A stretch of DNA of 64,000 nt from Negaprion brevirostris (lineage: Eukaryota): positions 95,035,635-95,099,634 of the forward strand of contig JARDVH010000163.1 of assembly GCA_030324005.1 (NCBI GenBank), given 5' to 3'. Positions 11,091 to 21,999 of this stretch are shown here, in pieces. The notes beneath the pieces were generated by a model. It was given only the letters and a program-made list of their open reading frames with translations, was not told the origin of the DNA and did no database searches. Position numbers and translations under genes: made by a program. Positions within the stretch are counted from its first letter, which is position 1, and the number at the start of each line of letters is the position of its first letter.

Positions 11091-13767
11091 GACATCCCAC
11101 TGGCAGCTTCCAAGCTACTGAAGTGCCTATCAGCTAAGCAGTCAGCAAGTTGTATCTTGTAAGTACCAACTTGTGAAGGAGGTGGTTCATGGTGTCACTG
11201 GAGGGAATCTGGATTGTCCACGACAGCCCACATAAGAAGAAGCACACATGTAACTTATCTGTAAGAATGAAATAACCTCATCTGCAAGGGTCTAGACAAA
11301 AATCATGTTCCTGGCGCTCCTGGTAGGACCCAATTCTGTACATTAGCTCATCAATTAAATCAAGTACAGGTTGAAGACGTGGCAGCAGACAACACTGGGG
11401 GTCTCCACCATCTCCTGTTTTTATGGCCTTGTTCAGAGCAGGCAGACGCTCAATCCCAACAGGCAGTTCCACAAACTCCCATACTGCAGGGAGTGCATGT
11501 TTAAGGGACTGTGAATTTTAGAACTCCTCATTATAGATCAACCCTATTTAGTTAGGTGCAGCCACAAAAGTACTTTGGTTAATAAACATTTGAGAGAAAC
11601 AATTTGTTTAAGCTACCCAAAATATAAGTTTGACATTTCTTCTCTTTGAGACAGCTGTCCTATGAGTAGAGAAAAATCTATTCTAAAATTTACCAGGATA
11701 GAATCATCTGTCTTTAACTTATTTTAAAAAGCATGTGTCTCTTCACAGTGCTGCATTTACGTCAGACAATTCAATTCAGGTGGTGACTTGACAAAGTAAC
11801 GCCTTGTCATTATCTTTGTTTCTATATGCTTCAGAAATACTCAAGTTTGGAATGCCAGTCACTGATTTTTCAAGTAGAAAGCATAGTTATAGATAAACTG
11901 AAAGCTTTCTCACCATTCTAAGTTAACATTAATTGGAAAATATGATATTGCTTAAAATAAACAAAGCTCTTCAGACGTTTGATAGCTAGGCCACTTGTGC
12001 TATTTTTAAGTTGTAATATCATGCGGAGGACAGGAAGCTTCAATTACAAGAATTATTCTTGGTGGGCAGGAAGCTGTGTCACAAATGTTGTAGTCACTAT
12101 TGCTATTTATTAGAGGAAGCTTTTAGTATTAGTCAATCACTGTGAATAATGTACATATAAACTTACATATAGCTTGTTGTTGGTGCTTTGCATGTGTTAA
12201 AAGTTCTAATGATCCCACAAATCATTGCACAACATGATGACAACATGTTGCCATGAGTCATTATGTGCTGAGGGCTTTGAGGTTGGAGGACAATTTAACT
12301 CGGATGAGTAATGAAGAGGAAGCAGGAAGAAGATGGGAGGGAAGAGTGAGGAGGAAGAAGGAGGGGGCATGGAGGGAAGATGTAGAAATCCTACTTAGTT
12401 GCTTAGCGGAATGGCATTCTATTGCTATGTGTAGGAGACTGCTACACTAAGTGTCATTATGCTGCTGTGTGAGGTGGGGGGATGAGAGTTGTTGAACTAT
12501 GTTGGGTGCTATTCCATGACTCAATTGGGGTGGAGAGACTCTCCAAGCTCCCATTTTATTGGTTGGAGAGATAATTTAGTGAGAGAACACGACTTAAGTT
12601 TTACCAGGTCAACACCCATATCTATCTGATGTTGGAAGAGGGAGGTGGCAGGAGCTCCTTATTCATTAATGCAAGACAACTATCTTTGAGAGGTTGTGTA
12701 TTGTTCTGTATTGCCTGCTTGGAGACAAATTTGATGGATAGAACTAGAGGATCATGGAGGAGAAGTGGATGCCATGCGAATGGAAAAATTCCATTAAAAT
12801 GAAAATAAAAGATGTTTTTATTAAATTATTCTCTTCAGTTTCTTTGATTTTAAATTGAATAAAAATAATCAGGGGATCATGGCACAGAGCTCAAGATGCA
12901 CATATGATCCAGCTCAGAATGCAAAGCCTGCCCTTCGTAGTCATCAAAATATAAACAGTTCAAATCACCTCACTGATATCATTCTAGCGGTTCTCAAAAG
13001 TAAAGCCAGGACCAACTGACTGGAGGAGAATCAGAAGAAAGAAAATAATATAATTGACTAAACTACTAAGTGGCGTAAATCAAACAAGATTAAATCTATC
13101 CTTGGACTTCTATAATTCCTCAATTGTATGCTCTTTCTCAGTGACACCATCCAAATACACAAATGTAAATACGTAAACAGATATGGTATACATTTTCCAA
13201 TACAGAACAAAAGACAGAACAGATAACATACACAGAATTGGTTTAAACTCTGCACTTACAAGTCCTAACCCTTTGATCATAATAATGCTGACAATATAGA
13301 AATAGGAATTTCCATGACCAGAATAGATTATTAAATAAATCAGTGTGCATTAATGATGCAAGATTGGGCTAAAGGGATTCTCCGGTTAGGACAGAGGCTT
13401 TTAAAACAATCACCTTACCACATAGCAGGCTAATCTAAAAGAAAGAAATGATTGCAATATAAATACAGGAATACTGGCAAAATTGCAAGGGATGAGATGT
13501 CAAAGGCTTCTGCAACAAAGCCTATTATTTGAGAAGAACTGAGACAAGGAGAAAAAGGTACAATGCAACAGGACATAAAATCCTCACCCTTATTCAGAAA
13601 TCTATTCAAAGATTTAATGATCATAAAATACCCAGTAAAGTGGAATCTAGTAAGAGTTAAACCATAAGGAAAATAAAGAAAAATACAGAGTTTTACAGAC
13701 TGTCTTCAAGTTGCAGCAACGTGAACAGGCTTATAAAGCCATGTTCAAGATTCCCACTAGCTATTCC

Positions 13768-14284
13768 ATCATTAAGAAAGCTATAACTCTCAGCAATTTT
13801 ACAGATGCATCATAGAAAGCATTCTTTCTGGCTGTACCACAGTTTGGTATGGGCTCCTGCTCTGCCCAAGACCACAAGAAACCACAAAAGGTCGTGAATG
13901 TAGCCCAATCCATCAGGCAAACCAGCCTCCCATCCATTGACTCTATCTACACTTTCTGCTGCCTAGGCAAAGCAACAATTAAGGATCCCACGCATCCCTG
14001 ACATTCTCTCTTCCACTTTCTTCCGTCAGGAAAAAGATACAAAAATCTGAGGTGATATACCAACCAACTCAAGAACAGCTTCTTCCCTGCTGCCATCAGA
14101 CTTAAGAATGGACCTACTTTGCACTAAGTTGATCTTTCTATACACCCGAGATATGACAGTAACACTACATTCTACACTGTCTCGTTTTCTTCTCTATGAA
14201 TGATATGCTTTGCCTGTATAGCATGCAAGAAACAATACTTTTCACTGATGTTAATACATGTGACAATAAATCAAATCAAATCAA
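13768..14284 (+). mobile_element. Rex1/Babar non-LTR retrotransposon 3' end, inserted in the L EVE
   Basis: FYRCIIESILSGCTTVWYG..CSAQDHKK..VVNVAQSI..SLPSIDSIYT..LPSGKRY..LKNSFFPAAIRL, then a (AATCA)n tail. Confidence 0.9.
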
Positions 14285-15862
14285 GCATGCAAGCTCTAGA
14301 TTGATGGTTGTCCGCTGTCTTATTTCATGTGAAATTTTATGGTAAATGTTTTGAAGTTATAATAAGTGAAGTTCATTCTCAGATACGTCACTACTTGACA
14401 AATATGTTTAAAGGAAAAAAATCCTCATAGTTTGGCAACTGCTGGTGATTACCAAGGCTAGTAGTTGTTTGAAGTCAAATCTGGGAATAGCCAGCTCAGA
14501 CTCATTATTAGAAGGAATAAATCTTTTTAGTTCTCATATTTAAATGATGGGACCGTTAGGAAAATATGGCAGCCAATATACTGCTCTGCATGATGACTGA
14601 CCTCTAAAGATTGGAGACCTTACGGGTTAAACTGATTCTCTGGGTGAAATAATGAAGCTCTATAAAAATGACAAAACTGAAAACATTCTGAACATGAAGC
14701 TGGGGCCAAAGCCATTTGCGACAGAACGAAATGTTGAACAAGAGGTGAAGCAGAAAGAAGATATTAATGCAGAAACTGAAATTTAAGAGAATGAAATCCA
14801 GCAATTTGAAGATTGTTGACTAATGAGTCGTTTGTTCAGAAGTACTGATTAATTGTGGAAGGGGGTGGTCTCAAAACTGAGAAGGAGGGAGACATGAAAG
14901 ATGTCAAACTGGTCTTGAAATTGCAGGACCTGGACCAGCATATGTAATGATTTAGCAACTGAGAAATTTAATTTTGATCAGTGTCATCTCCCTCACTCTC
15001 AAAGTGTAAGTGGCAAGAAATTGTGCAGAGATCCAGTATTTCAAAATACTAAAAGGCTGAAAACTGTAATGCAAAAATTCCTTTGTTAGATTAAGAAATT
15101 CCTTTGCTAGATTAGAAGAGTAAGAAAAGACAAGGAAGAAAAATGAATCAGAAGTCTACAGCAAACAGCAGAGATGAAAGTTGTTGCGAGAAAAATATAG
15201 AAGCAAAAGGCTATGACTTAATTTTGTTTTTTTTATGTTCTGTCTAAACATGTGCCCTTTGTGCTATTTCATGTCACAGCTGTTCACATACCTAGAAGCA
15301 ATTTAACTCCCTGCAGTTCCTAGCATTGATCTTGCAACCAATGTAAGCATTGTAACCATTGTCTTTTTCATGGATATAATTGGTTGTTTCTTCTGTATCG
15401 TCAAACAAATTTTATTTTTATGATAATGAGTCACTCTATTTTTGCATCTAAAACCTGAGCTTCAGACTGATTTTCCGGCAAAATTATCAACACTGCTTTT
15501 CTATAGGTGGCTATTTTTGCAAAATATCCATGTAAATTATTTGAACAATTTATTGTTCACATTTTGGATTGTAACACACAATGTAGCACATTTAAGTTAA
15601 CCAAAATATAACAAGGGATTCAATATTTTCAGGTTGATTCGAGAAATAAGATTTGTACGAATAAGATACCTGGAGCTGTCATGAAAATGTAAATGTAGTT
15701 AAAAGCATGTTCATTTTAATCAAAGATTATGCTCCAGAGAGTTTTCAGTAAAACTTCTGCACTTTCATATAAATGCTTGGTTTTACAAATATTAAATTAA
15801 AAATTTGTTTGGATTTACTTTGAAATTAAAATTTCTATTTCAGGATCTATTATTAGGGACAT

Positions 15863-15991
15863 GGGGTGGAGTTCTCTGGCTGCGCTGGTCTAAAAGCCAG
15901 AAATTCCCACCCGACCGTCAATGGCGTTTCATATTCTCTGCAAAATGCCTGCTAAAATTCCAGTGGCGGGAGGGATGGGAGAATTCCGGCC
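15863..15991. mobile_element. Harbinger-type MITE
   Basis: Termini GGGGTGGAGTTCTC / GAGAATTCCGGCC, related to the TIRs at 5432 and 7734. Confidence 0.6.
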
Positions 15992-16019
15992 ATGATATCA
16001 AGACACTTTGAACATAGAA

Positions 16020-16928
16020 CTATGAAGAGTTTTTTGAGGATGTAACTGGTAGGCTAGATCTGGGAAAACCAGCAGATGTAGAGTATTTGGATTTTCAAAG
16101 AACATTCAATCAGGTGTCACACAAGAGATTGTTACAAAAAAACTTAAGAGCTCACGGATTCAGAATAAAATATTGTAATAACTCCACAGAGGCGAAGGAC
16201 CCGTCACTGTAAGTTCCTTTATTACAATACAAGCTATGCAACAGAGCACTCTCTGTCGCTTCCTGCTTTAGCAGGCAGACAGACTGACATACCTGCTTTC
16301 AGCAGGGAACATGAGGCTTCCTGATTTGACCATCAATTAATATTCTAGCAGGCCAACCTCATTCGCCTGACTGAAGTCATCTTAAATATTTAACGGTTAC
16401 TGTGTAAAAAAAAAGCTTAGATACAATTGGGTCAAGAACCCTAGTTGGCAGGCAACAACTCATGAGTTAATGCATGCATCAGTGCTTGGAGCCCAGTTAC
16501 TCATAATCTACGTCAATGATTTGGATGAGGGGACCGAGTGTAATATACCCAAGTCTGCCACAAAGCTAGGTGGGAAAATGAGCAGTGAGGAGGATGCAAA
16601 GAGGCTGCAACATGATATAAATGGGTTAAGTGAGTGGGCAAGATCAAGACAGATAGAGTATAATGTGGAGAAATGAAAAGTCATCCAACTCTCCGCATTA
16701 ATGGGGAAAAATTGAAATTCAATGTTTTTTTAAAAAGATGTGAAATGTTGAACTTAGATGGTCCTAAATCAGAAAAAAGTTAAGATACAGTTAAAGCAAG
16801 CAATTTGGAAAGAAAATTGTACATTAGCCTTTATTACAAAGGGATTGGAGTATAAAAGTGAAGTCTTATATACAGCCTTCCTGAAACCACAACTGGTGTA
16901 ATGTGTGCAGATTTGGTCTCATTGCAGT
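16020..16928 (+). mobile_element. CR1 LINE RT fragment containing a nested ~220-bp LTR-like insert (16174-~16395)
   Basis: FFEDVT..D.G...DVEYLDFQ..F..V.HKRL; SVLGAQLLIIYVNDLDEGTECNI.K..TKLGG...EEDAKRLQHDI..LSEWA. Confidence 0.85.
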
Positions 16929-17100
16929 ATTTTGATGAGGGCTTTGTTACATTACAAAAAATATAATTTCAATGCAGTATTTAGTTTAAATTTTGTTACA
17001 CTAATACAAAACTAAATATACAAAGTGTATGCTCCTGCCTTGGCACTTTGCTAAGTGGAAGTTCTCACTGGAAAATCGAAGGCATGCTCTCCACAACTAA

Positions 17101-17853
17101 AATGGACTATCCTGGCATCTTATCCAAACAACATTCCTTTTCACATAAATTCTTGACAAAGATTTGAGACAAATTCAGAATCTTCAATGGACTTGGAGAA
17201 CTGATCCACACAGCAACTTCAAACAAAAATTATTAAAATATTTCTAATCAAACAGTTTAACCACTGGAATTACCAAGCAAAGACTGAGAACTTTGGTTGG
17301 GAAGCATCTTTTTTTCACGAAACGTTCATTAAGCATCCAGTGCCAGAAGTGTGCCATCTGCCATACTGATGTGGACCAAACACTTGGCATGTTGTCCAGG
17401 AATAGACTCAAAATTCTAAGCTGAATGTCCATTATAAAGTATTCTTCAGGACATGAAAGGGCTGACAGAGAGATCTTGACCATTGCCCAGTGTGTGAATG
17501 ATGCAGCGCAGATAGTCAATGTGTGAGTGGCAGCATGATAACAACTGGATAATTTACTCACTGCTGTTAGGAAAGTACTAGGCAGACCACCACCCTGCTC
17601 TTCTCCAAAATAGATGTTGTGGATCCCTCACCTGATGAAGGGGCAATGCTCTGAAAGCTCGAGCTACCTAATAAACCTGTTGGACTTTAACCTGGTGTTG
17701 TGAAACTACTTAATGTGCCAAAATAGATGGGGAGATGGGGTTTTGTCGATTGATCCTCATAGCCATTGCATTGTTGAAGTTGGGAAGATTTATACTAGTT
17801 ACCTGTCTTGTGAAGTGCTGAAGAATGGAAGGAAAATAATTGCAGATCTATCC
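17101..17853 (+). pseudogene. N: Endogenous viral element: decayed paramyxovirus-like nucleoprotein (N) core fragment
   Basis: One frame over 17101-17580: LIQTTFLFT*..KQKLLKYF*SNSL..KRSLSIQ..KYSSG..ILTIAQCV..QLDNLL. Order and spacing parallel paramyxovirus N (Q..LLAK..T / RR..KY.QQ / LS.R / AG...FILTIK / EL..L). After a short repeat insert, GVLSIDP...YTSYLSCEVLKNGRKIIAD (17737-17847) resembles MGV..(D)..R.YL..E...G. Confidence 0.5.
17626..17718. mobile_element. Penelope-like terminal-repeat fragment (second family) inserted in the N-like EVE
   Basis: CACCTGATGAAGG.GCA..GCTCTGAAAGCT..AATAAACCTGTTGGACTTTAACCTGGTGTTGTGA; reverse-complement copy at 23037-23130. Confidence 0.7.
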
Positions 17854-17859
17854 TAATGG

Positions 17860-18850
17860 TTCCACCATTCAATGAGATCATGGCTGCTTTTTATAACTTA
17901 ACTCCATAACTTATTTTTGTCTCATATCCCTTGGTCTTCAGTTAGCAAACATCTATCAATCTCAGGTTCAAAATGAACACTTGATCAAGCACTAATGCCG
18001 TTTGTAAAGAGTTCCATACTTCTAATACATTTGTGCGAAGTATTTCCTCATTTCTATCGTGAAGGGAGTCATTCTAATATTTCCCCAGTCAGTAGATTCT
18101 ACTCCATCTGTTCCCCTTAAAATATTGAAAACTTCAATCAAACCATCTGTAACCTTATGACTTCCATATAGTCTCTTCTCATAATCTAACCTTGGAGACA
18201 AGCTATCATTCTGGTAAACCTTAATTTCAACTCAACACATGACTGGTATTTCCTTCTTAGAATGTGGTGTTCAGAACTGCTCACAATACTTCAAGGTGGT
18301 CTGATCAAAGCTTTGTGGAGCTAGAGCACTGGTTCCACCCTGGTGCAATCTAATCCTTTAGATATCAAGACCTGCATTCCATCAGACTGTTTCATTATTT
18401 TTTTGAACCTGTTCAGGACATTTTAATGATCTATTTGAATACATCTCCAAGTCTCTTTGTATCAGTTAGAAAGTACTCTGTTCTATCCTTTTCAAGTCTA
18501 AGGGAATGACTTCACATTTGCCCAGATTGAAATCCATCTGTCACAGATTTGCCCATTCATTTAAGCAATTAACATGCCTGTCTAATTTTATGCCTCCACT
18601 GTTTACAATACCATCTTTCTTAGTGTAATTGGCAAACTTGGATATATGATTTTCAATTACATCACTTTTAGTAATAAATAAATAGTAAATAATTGAGGCC
18701 CCAACCTCTGATCCTTGCAGGACACCACGAGTCACACGGTACCAATTAGAGTACCTAGCCATTATCCCTGCTCTCAGTATTTTGCTGCTCAGCCAATTTC
18801 TCAACCAGGTCAAAAATTTATCTTAAATTCCATGCTCTTCAACTTCCTGT
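17860..18850 (-). mobile_element. CR1 LINE RT/3' end
   Basis: CCACCATTCAATGAGATCATGGCTG 3' tail; minus ORF WLRNWL...VTRGVLQGS..G...ISKFANYTK. Confidence 0.85.
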
Positions 18851-18860
18851 CCCACTGTCA

Positions 18861-19092
18861 GGAGATTGGTTTAGCTCAATTGGCTGGATGACTGGTTTGT
18901 GATGCAGAGTGACAGTGACAGTGCGGATCCAATTTTCACAATGGCTGAGGTTACTTACGAAAGTCTGCCTTCTCAACCTTGCCCTCACCTGAGGTGTGGC
19001 AATTCTCAGGTTAAATCACCGCCAGTCAGCTCTCCGCCTCAAAGGGGAGAGCAGCCTATGGTCATCTGGGTCTATGACGACTTTACCTTCCC
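18861..19092 (+). mobile_element. tRNA-derived SINE
   Basis: A-box-like TTTAGCTCAATTGG, B-box-like GGATCCAATT, body ending GACTTTACCTT. Confidence 0.65.
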
Positions 19093-19589
19093 TTTACGGG
19101 TATCATAAATACTATGGTCCAAATACATAACCTGTACTAACCCACACTGCCATATCTTAGACTGAACATTTATATTATTTAAATCTATTGTCTTGCTTGC
19201 TGCAAGGCTTTATTTCTCCACACAAACTTGCATTTATCCTTAAAACAATGGGCAAACATTTTAAATATTTACTTCCACAAGCTTCCGTGAACCATTGCCA
19301 AGTCCTGGATACAAAAAAGGAGTGCCTCCTTTTCCTCACCACCAAACTCTTTACAAAGCACTCTGTGCGACCACGGAAACTAAAAGGCTCAGACCTTCTG
19401 GTCTCATACCCTGAAGGTAATTGCACCGGGGAACATTCAGAATTCCCAATGCTTGGAATTGCCCAGGAAATTTCAACCCTGCCTCTGGAACCCCGTGAGT
19501 CTCCATCTCTGAATGAGAGTTGGACAGTTACCAAGAAAAAGTTAGTTTGAAGTAAAAAGTATCTAACTCCTGGTTAACTAAATAACTAA

Positions 19590-20150
19590 CCCTCCTCAAT
19601 CCAAAACTGACTCTACACAATCCCCCACTTACCTTCTAACTCCCATCCAAATCCTCAGCTCCCTTCTGACTCTCCTCAATGCTCTGATCCATTCCCCCTA
19701 CCCTCCCAACCCACCAACTCCCCCTTGATTTCCCCAATACACTGACCCTCCAGTGCCGCCTATAATCACTCTCTGAACCCCAACACTCGGACCAGCTGNN
19801 NNNNNCTCTACCCTCCAACTTCCCAAACCCCCTACTCCCTATCTCTTTCAGCCCACTGCCTCCCTTCAACCTCCAGCTCCATTCTGGCCCAACCTCTCTG
19901 ACTTCTCCACTGGCCCCTCTCCCTTACACCCACACCTATCGCCCAAACCCCTAGTCCTACCACTCTACTCCCATCCCGCTGACTCTCTTCCCCCCCCACC
20001 CTCAACCCAATCTCACCATCATCCCCGCCCTACCACTCTCCCCACTGTCAGCCTTCCCATTCTACCATCTCACCATCCTCCCCTGCTGACACTTTAGTCA
20101 CCTGCCACCTAACCATCATGTCCACTCTACCCACTTCACTCATCCACTAA
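19590..20150. repeat. C/T-rich low-complexity core of an unclassified ~1.3-kb interspersed element (~19200-20480)
   Basis: Strong C skew with CCCA/CTCT-like units and no clear period. Confidence 0.55.
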
Positions 20151-20483
20151 CACAATGAAAAGCTATTTAAGTTGAAACCTCAAGGTTTCTCATTGCCAAT
20201 TGAATGAAGACGAACCAAAATACCACTGCTAGTGTGTTAAAAAGGGTGCATGGCTTGGTTTCCTCCAACATCCTTTCCTATGAGGAAGGAATCCCAGAAC
20301 AGATTCTGGAAGAGGCATTTCTGAAGTGGCCCACTTTGTCCTAGAACTGCGAAGCTCCAACGTAGTATTAAAATAGGACTGGAGCAGCAAACTGACAGGT
20401 GACTGCCCTTCCTCAGAGCGTTCAACCCAACGTTTTCTTGTATACAGCAATCCGGCAAGCTTCCCAAATTCCAACTTTCTAAC

Positions 20484-21581
20484 TGTGATGGTAATGTGCC
20501 TTTATGCAATGTATTTGAGTGATGTACCTTGTGCAGGATTGTTTCTTCAACTGTCTGTTCTGACCGGTGCCACTGGGTCTATAAACGGGACCCTCTATTG
20601 TTACTGCAGCAGCATAATTGCTCCTACTTGCTAGAGTATTTGTTTTAATCTGAACTAATGCTGGCATGCTGATTTTAGTGAATTCCCCTAAGGTTTTCTG
20701 GAGTTGTACTTGATTGGGTTCATTGAAAGTAATGTCAGGTGACTGGGTGGAGCTAGGCCTATGCAGAGAACTCAAGCTTAGTTGCATTTTGGGGAGCTGT
20801 AGCAAAAATACCTCTTCATCTCTGAAGTCTGAAATCTGTCAGAGACTAGGTTTGTTTTTCTGAAGTTCTGTAGCTTGAGGATATATCTTTCTCTGAGAGT
20901 CTGCTGTACGAGGTGTCTGTCTGGATCTCCGTCCAGAGGTTTCAAAGCCTGGAAATCTAACCCCCACGTAAGCAGAAATGCTTTTGGTCTTAAATTGGTT
21001 CTGAAGTAAGAGTTTACATCAATAGAGGATACGAAATTGGAAGAATAGAGATAGATAACTATTAAAAGCCATATTTTGTATGCTAATTGGTAAAATTATG
21101 CTAATTATTTTTATTATATTCTAACTGTGTTCTTAAATAAAGTTTGTTTTGATAAAAGCTGCTGAATGGGTAAATGGCAGTATGACAGCACAGTGGTTAG
21201 CACTACTGCCACACAGCAACAGGGACCCAGGTTCAATTCCAGCCTTTGGCGACTGTGGAGTTTGCATATTCTCCCCATGTCTGCGGGGGTTTCCTCCCAC
21301 AGGTTGATTGAGCATGCTAAATTGCCTGTTAGTGTCAGGGGAACTAGCAGGGTAAATGCTTGGTGTTATGGGGATAGGGCCTGGGTGGGATTGTTGTTAA
21401 TGCAGACTTGATAGGCCAAATAGCCTCCTTTTGCACTGTAGGGATTCAATTCTGTTCTATGAATTGAATCATACTTGGAGCAAAACACCTTATGCTCTCC
21501 CTAATGCCAAAATCAAAAGTAAAAGTTAGGTCAAGGCTAACTTTGTAATATGCCTTGGAGTTTTTGATCTAATCCCTAACA
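20484..21581 (+). mobile_element. Solo LTR with nested HE1 SINE
   Basis: TGTGA...TAACA termini, near-matching 4-bp flanks TAAC/TTAC, AATAAA at ~21137. Confidence 0.6.
21177..21461 (+). mobile_element. HE1/V-SINE
   Basis: GCACAGTGGTTAGCACT..GGTTCAATTCC..TGTGGAGTTTGCA.ATTCTCCCC..GCACTGTAGGGATTC. Confidence 0.9.
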
Positions 21582-21999
21582 TTACTGTAACACCCAAATT
21601 CAAACAACAAAACAAAATGTTGCCACAAAAGAAAAGTTTAACTATTTCAGTTGATATTCAGATCAATTTTAGAAGGCAGCATAAATAGCTGCCTTTTATT
21701 ATCTTTATATAAAGTTTAATGCTAAAGGTCATAAAGATTTAAGCATGTGATATCAATGTGTTAGAAGATTACTTCAATAAACCTTTTCAAACATATTTTT
21801 GAACAGCCGGGTTTCAAATACCACATGATGACAATCCTCTCATAAAATATTCAGAATATAAGGATATTCAATGTGCATGTCTGTGGGACATTATTCTGAT
21901 TTTAGGAGTGAAAACATGCTGAGAGAATCTTTTGTCAAATTCATCATACTAGAATCCATTACACTGACACAGTCTTAGTGCAGCCAACATTGTGCTGTT

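Larger units (their letters stand above)
4700..15220 (+). pseudogene. L: Endogenous viral element: decayed Mononegavirales (paramyxovirus-like) L RdRp/capping/methyltransferase gene in four segments (~4700-5431, 7735-8956, 11091-13767, 14285-15220)
   Basis: Colinear motif remnants: YPCLEM (8099; GHP-x-LE); DMFRLDFIKLYTRRGW (8202-8249; F..I..Y....W-P); LIPK (8480), QMSYE (8524), NGNI (8607) and IKQLF (pre-motif A KEKE..KMTY..NGM..K.L); EY-LQ*R (8750-8768; motif A KYCLxWR); LFD..TFVWV..P (8837-8910); LGG..LFRAG (11395-11443) and LELLIIDQPY..LRETI (11518; CR IV LGG..RG..DP and DP..L); NYSW-GRKL..LEE (12051; CR V SW..GR); GQHPYL (12607); GSWHRAQD (12874; HR motif); TD..RFSK (~12972-12999); GKCFEVI (14341), ILIV-G (14421) and GDLT (14613) in the MTase. 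About 5.6 kb after removing TEs, close to L-gene size. Confidence 0.7.

Noticed and set aside
11195-11315. Faint GG..RQ and QG..(D)NHV resemblance to L motifs B and C (GGIEG..QK, GDNQ)
   Set aside because: Needs several indels and lies only ~30 codons before the CR IV LGG motif, much closer than expected. The interval fits the post-motif-D region better.
11278-11493. Minus-strand ORF (ELPVGIERLP..QCCLLPRLQPV) preceded by a CAG, vaguely like a P2X7-type C-terminal domain or a host exon
   Set aside because: Lacks the conserved Cys pattern and is more simply the antisense shadow of the L remnant on the + strand.
12969-13434. Three short minus-strand AG..GT-bounded segments resembling micro-exons
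   Set aside because: No consistent frame or recognisable protein when joined; they lie within the AT-rich L remnant, where such signals arise by chance.
15076-15114. 21-bp tandem duplication (AAATTCCTTTG.TAGATTA)
   Set aside because: A two-copy local slippage, not an array.
19175-19550. Overlapping ~120-aa ORFs on both strands
   Set aside because: No recognisable domain; within the arm of an unclassified interspersed repeat.
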